Shown here in pieces: positions 16,021 to 23,943 of a DNA stretch of 29,524 nt (within the stretch, counting starts at the first letter, position 1; the number at the start of each line of letters is the position of its first letter). The position numbers and the translations under genes were made by a program. Source of the stretch: a virus (taxonomy: Duplodnaviria > Caudoviricetes); IMG/VR virus record IMGVR_UViG_3300012971_000066, positions 1 to 29,524 of that record; one strand, 5' to 3'. A model generated the notes under the pieces. It did no database searches, had not been told where the DNA came from, and was given only the letters and a program-made list of their open reading frames with translations.

Positions 16021-16238
16021 TACCTGATGAACCGCCCATCGGGCGTGCGCTTCTCCGGTGCCTCAGTCACTCCGTACCCACCGCCAGGGCCATTCCACAG
16101 CGCCAGCTTGTCGGCCTTGTTCTGACGCCGGTCAGCGTCGGGGTAGTCCGAGACGTCGCGGATGATGCGCTTGTAGCTGCCATCCACCATGCCTTCGAGA
16201 AGCTCCGCATTCATGCTGCGGTCACGATACACAGCCAT
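16020..16238 (-). CDS. Hypothetical protein (72 aa)
   Basis: Start re-assigned to ATG 16238 behind AGGAGG; MAVYRDRSMNAELLEGMVDGSYKR. Confidence 0.7.
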   Translation of the reverse strand: MAVYRDRSMNAELLEGMVDGSYKRIIRDVSDYPDADRRQNKADKLALWNGPGGGYGVTEAPEKRTPDGRFIR

Positions 16239-16248
16239 CTCTGACCTC

Positions 16249-16503
16249 CTACGGCTCTGGTACTTCTTCGACCGACCGCCCCTGATCAGCCCCGACGTTT
16301 CGTTTAGCCGGTTCATCGTTGTAGTCCTTGCCACCCCGCCGCCGCTTCAGGGCAGCCGCCGCCAGGGGGACAGCGACATCGCTGGCGAGATGGCTGATGG
16401 GCTTGAGACCGAGCAGCCTGCCGGGGTACTTGCCGCCTGGGCCGATGTTCGACCACGTTCCGATGTTGATGTCACCCGCAGTGGGATCGCTAAACAGGCT
16501 CAT
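16249..16503 (-). CDS. Hypothetical protein (84 aa)
   Basis: AGGAG RBS upstream; fills the operon gap. Confidence 0.6.
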   Translation of the reverse strand: MSLFSDPTAGDINIGTWSNIGPGGKYPGRLLGLKPISHLASDVAVPLAAAALKRRRGGKDYNDEPAKRNVGADQGRSVEEVPEP

Positions 16504-16514
16504 GTGATCAACTC

Positions 16515-16850
16515 CTACCAGACTTCTGCTACGCCCACATTACGCGCCGACGCCTGGTAGCCAGCGACCCCACCCGACAGGTCGTAGCGGGCGTTGGGGT
16601 AGTATCGATCCACATCCAGCACCTCTCCGATGCTGGCCTGGCGCTCTTGGTAGTCGGCGTAGCCGTACCGGGGTGGGAAGGGCTGGACGAACAGTGGCGG
16701 GCGCACCGTGGCGACAAGCTCTTCGCCGGGAACCATGGCTGTCCGCAGAGCAGCCGTGACCAGTAGTTCCTGGCTCGAATAATTCGGGCCAAGCTCCTGG
16801 TAGATGTCCCCGCTATTTTGCAGGCGCACGGGGCGCGGGCCGGTGATCAC
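16515..16850 (-). CDS. Hypothetical protein (111 aa)
   Basis: TAGAAT-tctgac-GTG(16850) leaderless pattern. Confidence 0.68.
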   Translation of the reverse strand: MITGPRPVRLQNSGDIYQELGPNYSSQELLVTAALRTAMVPGEELVATVRPPLFVQPFPPRYGYADYQERQASIGEVLDVDRYYPNARYDLSGGVAGYQASARNVGVAEVW

Positions 16851-16859
16851 GTCAGAATT

Positions 16860-17198
16860 CTAGGAGGGGATGGGTGCCCCGGTGGAGTCAAAGTAGAAGG
16901 AGGCCACCTGGGGCCAGACATAGTCGCAGCGGGACTGGATGTCCGCATCGCTGAGCTTGCTGGAGTCGATGGTGCCGTCTCCGTTGTCCACGATCTGGTC
17001 GAACTGCGCTCCCGCGGCGATAGCCAGCAGCATGGTGTTCGTCATAGCCGGGTCACCCTCGATCATCTTCCGGGCCAGGGCCACGAAGTCCGGTCGTTGG
17101 TCAGCCAGGAAGACGTTGGCCTGCTGTTGGATGCAGTTGCGACTCCTCCGACCGAAGTTCACGTCTTCGGTCAGCAATTGTCCGGTGAGATAGCTCAT
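16860..17198 (-). CDS. Hypothetical protein after the fibre genes (possible fibre chaperone)
   Basis: AAGGAGGA RBS and ATGA overlap give start 17198 (MSYLTGQLL). The chaperone role is inferred from position only. Confidence 0.65.
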   Translation of the reverse strand: MSYLTGQLLTEDVNFGRRSRNCIQQQANVFLADQRPDFVALARKMIEGDPAMTNTMLLAIAAGAQFDQIVDNGDGTIDSSKLSDADIQSRCDYVWPQVASFYFDSTGAPIPS

Positions 17199-17614
17199 AA
17201 TCCTCCTTGGAAGACGGGAACAGCGAACCACATCATTGTGAAAGTGATGTAACAGTTGCTCGCACCGACCGTGGCCTGGCCGGACAGAGGAAGCGGTGTG
17301 TTGGCTGGCAAGCTAACTGCCCCATATCGACAGTAGTTGTAGGAGGTAGCAGCGACAGTTTGCATCGCACCACTGCCGCACACATTGGCGCTGGTGTCAG
17401 TCCGTATGACCTGATGGTTGAGGCTGCTGGCGGCAGCACCAAAACCGTAGGTACCGGTCATCAGGAGATAGACCGTAGTTGGATATGGAAAGGGACCAAT
17501 GGTACCCATGACATTCATGGCGTTCGTGGTGTTGGCGGCAACACTGCCACGGTTGTCGGTGAGTGCCCCCATGCTTATGGGTGGCTGGATCTGTGCGTAG
17601 TTTTGTATGCTCAT
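17195..17614 (-). CDS. Beta-rich minor tail / receptor-binding-like protein
   Basis: TGATG-coupled to the cassette array; N-terminus MSIQNYAQIQPP loosely resembles the cassette starts, but the GEVWVA block and GTG end are missing. Confidence 0.65.
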   Translation of the reverse strand: MSIQNYAQIQPPISMGALTDNRGSVAANTTNAMNVMGTIGPFPYPTTVYLLMTGTYGFGAAASSLNHQVIRTDTSANVCGSGAMQTVAATSYNYCRYGAVSLPANTPLPLSGQATVGASNCYITFTMMWFAVPVFQGGL

Positions 17615-18198
17615 CAGCCTGTCCCCAGGTAATCGATTCCAAAGTAGGTCATCTGAGTTCCTACTTGACCAGTGAACGGCAACCCCGCCGAAGTGCTGTA
17701 AGCCTCCATCCAGAACGTGTCACCAACAACAGCCGTCCAGGTGATGTAAGCGAAAATGTACGTACCCGTAGCAGTACCAGAAGATGTTGATTGCTCCTGT
17801 ATGATCCTCTGCCCACCCGAACCTGCCGGTCCCCCGTAACGAATCATCAGGTTGGTGAAGTTGCCAACAGCAGTGGCAGCGATGGCGTACCCGGCATAGA
17901 CCGAGTAAAGACCGGCAGCCGGTGTAACGAAGGCAGTGCTGGCCGGAACCCAAAGTCCATACTTGTCGAAGTTAGAAGTGTCGAGAGTAACTGCCTGGAC
18001 AGATGCTGTGACCGTCCAGTTCGCGCTCCTCCACCAGCGAGCGTGCAGTACATCCCTGGCCTTGAGCCAGTTCCCTCCGTTCACGCCATTCTTCGCCACC
18101 CAGACCTCTCCGGTTGGATCCGTGTAGGTCTGGACAGTCGAGCCACTGGTCAGAGGCGCAGGAGTGGGTACCGGGTCGGTGTAGTTGAGAAGTGTCAT
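17614..18198 (-). CDS. Receptor-binding cassette protein (conserved N-adaptor + C1q-like domain)
   Basis: PAP..SG..VQTYTDPTGEVWVAKNGVNGGNWLKARDV; FVTPAAGLYSV; ends YLGTG. Confidence 0.78.
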   Translation of the reverse strand: MTLLNYTDPVPTPAPLTSGSTVQTYTDPTGEVWVAKNGVNGGNWLKARDVLHARWWRSANWTVTASVQAVTLDTSNFDKYGLWVPASTAFVTPAAGLYSVYAGYAIAATAVGNFTNLMIRYGGPAGSGGQRIIQEQSTSSGTATGTYIFAYITWTAVVGDTFWMEAYSTSAGLPFTGQVGTQMTYFGIDYLGTG

Positions 18199-18758
18199 CC
18201 CGTCCCCAAGTAATCAATAAGCAGAGTTGTCTCCCCGCCAGCGGCAGTAGTACGCACGTTCAAGGTAACGCTAGGGCCAGCCAAGGCCGTCACCGTACCA
18301 GTATCATTCAGGGCCATCGCCCACACAGTCTCGGCTACGCACCCATCCCAGGTAGTCGAACTGGCGTGAGTGATGCCATTCGCCCTACAGACACCCAAGG
18401 TGTTGACCAGGACGTTAATATATTGACCGGATGCTGTAGGTGTAGCACCTAATGCCGCTCGTATCCGCCACTTGCCAGCAATGAGCGCAGTAAAGATGCC
18501 GTTGGAGGTGTTGTAGATCCCATAGGGATCACTGGTCATTCCGTCGTAGGTGAACAGAGCTTGACCAGCAATCGTTGCAGCGGCACTACGGAAGTAGTTG
18601 CAATGCAGCACATCCCTAGCTCTACGCCACTGACCCGAGTTCACGCCACCCTTGGCAACCCAGACCTCACCGGTCGGGTCTGTGTAACTGGCAATCGGTG
18701 CTGCTGCTCCCAGCGGAGCAGGAGTGGGGACGAAGTCGGTGTAGTTGAGAAATGCCAT
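18195..18758 (-). CDS. Receptor-binding cassette protein (conserved N-adaptor + C1q-like domain)
   Basis: YTDPTGEVWVAKGGVNSGQWRRARDV; FTALIAGKWRI; ends YLGTG. Confidence 0.78.
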   Translation of the reverse strand: MAFLNYTDFVPTPAPLGAAAPIASYTDPTGEVWVAKGGVNSGQWRRARDVLHCNYFRSAAATIAGQALFTYDGMTSDPYGIYNTSNGIFTALIAGKWRIRAALGATPTASGQYINVLVNTLGVCRANGITHASSTTWDGCVAETVWAMALNDTGTVTALAGPSVTLNVRTTAAGGETTLLIDYLGTG

Positions 18759-19297
18759 CAGCCTGTCCCCAAATAAGCAGCCGAAAAAGCGCCACCGGTT
18801 CCGGTGCCACCAGTATTACCAACCGCCGCCCTCAAGACATCACCCGCAGCACAGATAAGGAGATCACTGAGAGGGAAGCCATAGCTCTGTGCCGTACCGC
18901 CTTGCTGATAATAGTTTCCAGTCACTACATCGGTACCATTTCTCTGAATACGGTAGAAGGGGTTGTTGCTGGACGGCACAGCGTTCACAGTCAGAATCAT
19001 GTTGACCTGATACCGCCCAGGAATCGGGCAGGTATAGCCAGCCGTGGAGGCAAATCCTCCATACACATCGAAAGTGGCGGGCAGGGTCACCGGTATGGCT
19101 GTAACACCGGACGGTGTCACTGTCCCCAATGTAGCGCGGGCGTTGATCACATCTCTGGCCTTGAACCAGTTCCCACTGTTCACACCGTTCTTGGCGACCC
19201 ACACCTCACCATCAGGGGCGATGAAGGACTGCACGGTGGTACCTGTAGTGACAGGAGCAGGCAGCGGCACCCAGTTGGCGTAGTCAAGGTAGGTCAT
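18758..19297 (-). CDS. Receptor-binding cassette protein (conserved N-adaptor + C1q-like domain)
   Basis: FIAPDGEVWVAKNGVNSGNWFKARDV; YTCPIPGRYQV; ends YLGTG. Confidence 0.78.
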   Translation of the reverse strand: MTYLDYANWVPLPAPVTTGTTVQSFIAPDGEVWVAKNGVNSGNWFKARDVINARATLGTVTPSGVTAIPVTLPATFDVYGGFASTAGYTCPIPGRYQVNMILTVNAVPSSNNPFYRIQRNGTDVVTGNYYQQGGTAQSYGFPLSDLLICAAGDVLRAAVGNTGGTGTGGAFSAAYLGTG

Positions 19298-19860
19298 CAG
19301 CCTGTCCCGTCATAAGCAACAGTGGCGTAAGTGAGATAGTTCGTGGCTAACCCGTAGTAAGACAACGTGGCAATAGAGCAGAAGACCCGCAGTTCTAGGT
19401 AGTCACCAGCAGCGCAAGGGATAGTGTCATTGACAACTCCACCGCTGATGCTGGCTGTCGTAACATTGCTAATGTCAGTACCCCGAGCGTACTCAGCACC
19501 ATTTTTGAAGCAGGTAACGATCCAACGAGCGATACCACTTCCCATCGCGGAAGAGCCATGGAATCTCCACCAGCCCGCTATCGGGAGATTGAACCGGTTG
19601 CTGCTCACCAATCCATAGGTGTCAGAACTGATGGTGCTGAGCAGAACAACTTGGAATGCGTTTGCCGGTGTAACCGCAGTGTTTGCACTCGGCCCTGCTC
19701 TGGCCTTGAGCACCTCCCGTGCCCGCCTCCAGTTGCCGCTGTTCACACCGTTGGCTGCCACCCACACATCTCCGAGAGGGTCTGTGTAGCTCTGGATACC
19801 AGACCCCGACGTAACCGGAGCGGGGAGCGGAATGGGATCAACGTAAGTAGGGATACTCAT
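19297..19860 (-). CDS. Receptor-binding cassette protein (conserved N-adaptor + C1q-like domain)
   Basis: Start ATG 19860 (MSIPTYVDP) behind AGGAG; YTDPLGDVWVAANGVNSGNWRRAREV; FNLPIAGWWRF; AGDYLEL; ends YDGTG. Confidence 0.78.
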   Translation of the reverse strand: MSIPTYVDPIPLPAPVTSGSGIQSYTDPLGDVWVAANGVNSGNWRRAREVLKARAGPSANTAVTPANAFQVVLLSTISSDTYGLVSSNRFNLPIAGWWRFHGSSAMGSGIARWIVTCFKNGAEYARGTDISNVTTASISGGVVNDTIPCAAGDYLELRVFCSIATLSYYGLATNYLTYATVAYDGTG

Positions 19861-19874
19861 CAGCAGCCGCTCTC

Positions 19875-21782
19875 CTATCCTGTACCCGTGTAAGTGACGG
19901 CGATGTAGTTGTCTTGAAGACCTAACCAGACGGGCCATACCGTGCCAATGAGGTACTGGATCTGGATGGCAGTACCAGCAGCACAGTAGACATCGGTTGA
20001 CCCCGTCGCATTTATGTACTGGCTAGCAGGGTTGTACTGGTCAAAAAGAGGACGAGTACCTATACCAGCAGGGCCAACCACAGCCAAGACACAACGAGCC
20101 GCCGTTGTACTGCCCTGAAAGTGGATCTGAGCTTGAACGTGATACCACCCAGCGATAGGACAGTTGAAAGCCGCCGCCGCCCCCAGTGTGCAGAAACCGT
20201 AGGGGTCACCGGGGCCAGGTGCAGTGAAGGCAATAGAGTCAGCAGGCCATATCGTGTAGGCAGAAGCCACAGTGGTGTAAGCGGCGTTCCTGAACATCGA
20301 CGCACGCACGACATCCCTAGCCTTCTTCCAGGCACCACTGCTCACCCCATTGGCAGCCACCCACACCTCGCCAGTGACATCGGTGAAGGTCTGAAGGCCA
20401 GAACCGGAGGTAACCGGAGGCGGTAGGTTAGGTGTCCTGGCATCCACATAGGACTTGCTGGCGAGGTCTCCTGGGTTCACCGGAACCGGGGTCTGGGACA
20501 CACCCATCACAATCACGTTGATGTTGTTGGGCATGTTCTGGGCCACGCTCAGGGCGACCTGATTGGCGCTCACTACCCGAACCTGAACCTCCACCCGCTG
20601 AAGCGTTATGGCGTCCCAGGTCTGCACCACCGGCACCGTGGTGTTCAGGTTGTGGGTGATGGTGTAGGTAGAACCAGCGACCGGTGTAGCGACGGTCTGC
20701 GTGTAGGAGAAGGTGTACGTCTGGAGTGTGGTGGTCCCGCCCGTCACCACCACGGTCACGCTGTTGGGCATGGTCGTACTGGCCGTGATGGTGATGTTGT
20801 TGGCGTCCACCACCCTGACCTGAGCAGCCACCAACTGATTGGTCACGGTGTCCCACATCTGCACTAGAGGGGCAGTGGTGTTCAGGTTATGGGTGACCGT
20901 GACGGGCGTGTTCGCCTGAGGGGCTGCGATGGTTGTCCTCGACGCGCTGCCGACACCAGCAGGACCGGTGGGACCAAGCAGGCCACCACCGGTACTCACC
21001 ACCACCACGACGTTGTTGGGAGGAGCCTGAGAGAACAGGACGGTGATCTGGTTGTTGTTGAGGGCGATCACCTGAGCCTGGATCAGCATGTGGGTGATGG
21101 CGTCCCACAGTTGCACGATGGGCGCAGCGGTATTCAGGTTGTGGTTCAGGGTGTAGGTGGTGTTGGCCGTTATGGGCGCGAGGATGGTGCCCGTCCAGGG
21201 TCCGGTCGGTAGACCACTGGCGGGGGGCGATCCCCCCGTGCTGATGACCACCGTAACGTTGTCCGGTACCGCCTGGGCGAAGCTGACCACAATGGCATTG
21301 GCGCTCGACACCGTGATCTGGCCCATGATCTGGGTCTGGGTCACGGCGTCGTACATCTGCACGATGGGCGTGGTGGTGCCTAGGTTGTGGGTCAGGGTGT
21401 AGTTGGTGTTGGCGGCTGGGGTGGTAATGGTGCCAGTCCAGGGTCCCACCGATGACTGGGGGGCAGACACCAACGCTCCACCCATTACCGCCACCGTGAC
21501 GTTGTGGGCGGGCTGACCCGAGAAGCCAACCTGGATCTGATTGGCGTTCACCACCACGATCTGGGCCAGGATCTGCGCCAGGGTGACGACATCCCATAGC
21601 TGCACGAAAGGAGTGGTGGTATTGAGGTTGTGCGTCAGCGTGTATGGAGAGCCAGCCACCGTAGGCGAGGTGATGGTACCCACCCAAGTGGCTGCGCCAT
21701 TCTGTCCAGCGGGACCGGTTGGCCCAGGAGGCCCAGGCAGTTGCTGGTACTGGCTGCCGTCGTAGTACCTCAGTACTGGCAT
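19875..21782 (-). CDS. Tail fibre protein: five THNL(N/G)T beta-repeat domains plus a C-terminal cassette module
   Basis: TGATG start at 21782; 5x (T/N)HNLxT..P.VQ.(W/Y)D...V.V; DLASKSYVD; then FTDVTGEVWVAANGVSSGAWKKARDV...FNCPIAGWYHV...YTGTG. Confidence 0.85.
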   Translation of the reverse strand: MPVLRYYDGSQYQQLPGPPGPTGPAGQNGAATWVGTITSPTVAGSPYTLTHNLNTTTPFVQLWDVVTLAQILAQIVVVNANQIQVGFSGQPAHNVTVAVMGGALVSAPQSSVGPWTGTITTPAANTNYTLTHNLGTTTPIVQMYDAVTQTQIMGQITVSSANAIVVSFAQAVPDNVTVVISTGGSPPASGLPTGPWTGTILAPITANTTYTLNHNLNTAAPIVQLWDAITHMLIQAQVIALNNNQITVLFSQAPPNNVVVVVSTGGGLLGPTGPAGVGSASRTTIAAPQANTPVTVTHNLNTTAPLVQMWDTVTNQLVAAQVRVVDANNITITASTTMPNSVTVVVTGGTTTLQTYTFSYTQTVATPVAGSTYTITHNLNTTVPVVQTWDAITLQRVEVQVRVVSANQVALSVAQNMPNNINVIVMGVSQTPVPVNPGDLASKSYVDARTPNLPPPVTSGSGLQTFTDVTGEVWVAANGVSSGAWKKARDVVRASMFRNAAYTTVASAYTIWPADSIAFTAPGPGDPYGFCTLGAAAAFNCPIAGWYHVQAQIHFQGSTTAARCVLAVVGPAGIGTRPLFDQYNPASQYINATGSTDVYCAAGTAIQIQYLIGTVWPVWLGLQDNYIAVTYTGTG

Positions 21783-22732
21783 CAACACCCCTGATCGTAG
21801 AGTTGCATAAAGGCGGCATTAGCCGGTACAGAAATAGCAGTACCAGGGTTGGAGAAGTAGAGAGTGATCGGACCAGTAGCTGTAGCCGTAAACCCCCCAG
21901 CCCCAGCCATGTTGCGGGCTGTGTTTGCTGGAGTGGGAGTAGCGGCATTGTCATACCACAACTGAATCCCCTGGCCCAATCCAACATTAGTACTTTGACC
22001 AAAAGTCACATACCAACGAATGGCGGCTGTTGTACCAGCAGTGGTACCTGCAACCATCCCTGCGGCGACTAGGTAGTTCCTGGTATTCACCACATTAAAG
22101 TTCTGTTGAATGAGAGGGGTAGCACTACTAGTGGCTGCTGGGCCTTGGACCTGCCCAACCAATCCGGCAGCCGGTGAGCGCCAGGCACCCCAAGCACCAC
22201 TGCTGTATACCCGTGTGGCAAGGTACTGCGGTTGAGCGATGTGAGTGGCTTGCTGCTGTATGAATGCGCCTGCGGACACCCTGCTCACCGTGAGGACATA
22301 CTGACCCGCGGGGATCGGCGGGGAATTGGCATTGGTGTCGGCGGCGACATACGTACCAGCCGCGGTCAGTGTGTTCAGGTCAGAGGCCGAGACTCCGTAG
22401 TCAACGACTCCCGGCCCTGTCGGTCCTAGTGGCCCGGTCGGTCCTGCGGGGCCGGTCGGTCCAGCAACGGGTGCCCAGGAAGGCGTGGTACTGGTGTCCA
22501 CCCAGAGCAGACCGGTGGGAGGAGAGATGACAGGACTGCTGGCATTGGGTGGCGTACCAGTAACTGGGGCATAGGGCGCACCGCCTCCTCCACCACCAGC
22601 CGCGTTCCAGTTCGTGCCGTCCGAGATATAGAGGGTCTTGGTGGTGGTATTCCAATACTCGTCACCCGATGGCCCCACAGGGGGCGCACTGGCGTAGGGC
22701 ATGACATTGGTGGTGCCATAGGTGCGGGGCAT
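21782..22732 (-). CDS. Tail fibre protein with short collagen segment and pyocin-knob-like domain
   Basis: TAATG start at 22732 (MPRTYG); GDEYWNTTTKTLYISDGTNW; GPT repeats; DLNTLTAAGTY...NSPP...QQA...R.YSSGAWGAW. Confidence 0.8.
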   Translation of the reverse strand: MPRTYGTTNVMPYASAPPVGPSGDEYWNTTTKTLYISDGTNWNAAGGGGGGAPYAPVTGTPPNASSPVISPPTGLLWVDTSTTPSWAPVAGPTGPAGPTGPLGPTGPGVVDYGVSASDLNTLTAAGTYVAADTNANSPPIPAGQYVLTVSRVSAGAFIQQQATHIAQPQYLATRVYSSGAWGAWRSPAAGLVGQVQGPAATSSATPLIQQNFNVVNTRNYLVAAGMVAGTTAGTTAAIRWYVTFGQSTNVGLGQGIQLWYDNAATPTPANTARNMAGAGGFTATATGPITLYFSNPGTAISVPANAAFMQLYDQGC

Positions 22733-23934
22733 TAGCCGAACACCGCCACGCGATAGCCAGCCCCGAGTATGGGGTTGTAGATGATGGAGACGGTGTTGAC
22801 GGTGGCGGCTTGCCAATCCACCTGGATTGACGAGTAGGGCGAGTTGCCGTTGTAGACCGACACCATGACGTCTCTGGTGTTGAGGTTATGGGTGATGGTC
22901 TCAGGCGAAGCTGTACCAGCCAGAGCGGTGGCGTACTTCTTCGTCATGCCGGTGATGGCCGTGTTGACGAACGCCTGGGTGGCAATCACCGTGGTGTCCA
23001 CTGCCACCTGACCCGGCGTGGACAGAATGCCGGTGCCCGCCCCCACCGCGAAGACGTTGCCGGTGAGAGTGAGACCGTTACCAGCGGTGTAAGTGCCAGC
23101 CCCGGTGAACTGGACGTAGACCAACGGGGTGGTGCCTATCGTGATGGGAGCGTTGGCGGTTTGGGTCCAGCCCGTGTCAGCCTGAGAGGTGCCCTCCTCG
23201 ATGTAGATCGCCATGTTCAGCACCTGGGCACCCGTGGTGCAGTCCGTAGACCTCGTCCAAGCTCCTGCTGCTACCACATAGACACCGTTGGCTGACGTTG
23301 TGGTCTGGTTCTTGACCAAGCAGCGGTCGTTGGCGATCAGAGCCACACCATCAACGGTCTGCGTGCCGGACAGGGTGATGTTGGCCGTGGTGGCGGCTCG
23401 CGCCGGGGCTTTCCAAGACAGGCCAGCGATGGCATTATCGACGTAGTTCTTGGTAGCCGCGTCCTGAGGGTTGGTGGGATCCGCCACGTTGTTGATGGGG
23501 AACCCAGCCATGCTCAACGCGCCCGTGGTGGCAGCCAAAGTGTTCACCGATGGCAAGGCCGGGGTGCCGTGACCGTGATCAGCATGGGCCAGAGTGGTAG
23601 CGGAACCGACTGCGCTCGCTAAGCCGAAGCTGGTACCCGCCGTGACCGTACCGGCAAAGGCGGGCATGCCGTGCTTGTGGTCGCCCTGGCTGTACTGACC
23701 CATGGTGCCCACCACCGGGGCGTCACCGATGGCTGCGGTGGTGACTGAGCCTGAGGGGGTAGCTCCTGCCGCGCTGATCCAGGTGGTGCCGTTGTACCAG
23801 TACAGGAGCTTGGCGGTGGAGTCGAAATAAACCTGACCTTGTACCGGCGACGACGGCGCAGCACCCAGGTTCTGGATGATGGCGTTGCGAAGCTCGTTCT
23901 TGGTTAGGTCTACGGCACCATAAAATGCGGGCAT
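22732..23934 (-). CDS. Phage tail fibre protein
   Basis: INNVADPTNPQDAATKNYVD; WKAPARAATTANITLSGTQTVDGV...DRCLVKNQT...NGVY...WTRSTD; C-terminal THNLNT domain; AGGAG RBS. Confidence 0.88.
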   Translation of the reverse strand: MPAFYGAVDLTKNELRNAIIQNLGAAPSSPVQGQVYFDSTAKLLYWYNGTTWISAAGATPSGSVTTAAIGDAPVVGTMGQYSQGDHKHGMPAFAGTVTAGTSFGLASAVGSATTLAHADHGHGTPALPSVNTLAATTGALSMAGFPINNVADPTNPQDAATKNYVDNAIAGLSWKAPARAATTANITLSGTQTVDGVALIANDRCLVKNQTTTSANGVYVVAAGAWTRSTDCTTGAQVLNMAIYIEEGTSQADTGWTQTANAPITIGTTPLVYVQFTGAGTYTAGNGLTLTGNVFAVGAGTGILSTPGQVAVDTTVIATQAFVNTAITGMTKKYATALAGTASPETITHNLNTRDVMVSVYNGNSPYSSIQVDWQAATVNTVSIIYNPILGAGYRVAVFG

Positions 23935-23943
23935 GCGTTGCTC

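Noticed and set aside
16239-16334. Longer N-termini from the ORF track (16334, and likewise 627, 1675, 17231, 19938, 22816, 25308)
   Set aside because: These extensions overlap upstream genes; downstream starts with an RBS or stop/start coupling fit better.
17195-20440. Diversity-generating retroelement or invertase shufflon as the cause of cassette variation
   Set aside because: No reverse transcriptase or recombinase gene in the window, no near-identical template/variable repeat pair differing at adenines, and all cassettes are co-oriented.
20887-22002. 371-aa alternative-frame ORF on the minus strand
   Set aside because: It overlaps two well-supported fibre genes and has the His/Arg/Pro-rich composition typical of GC-rich off-frame translation.
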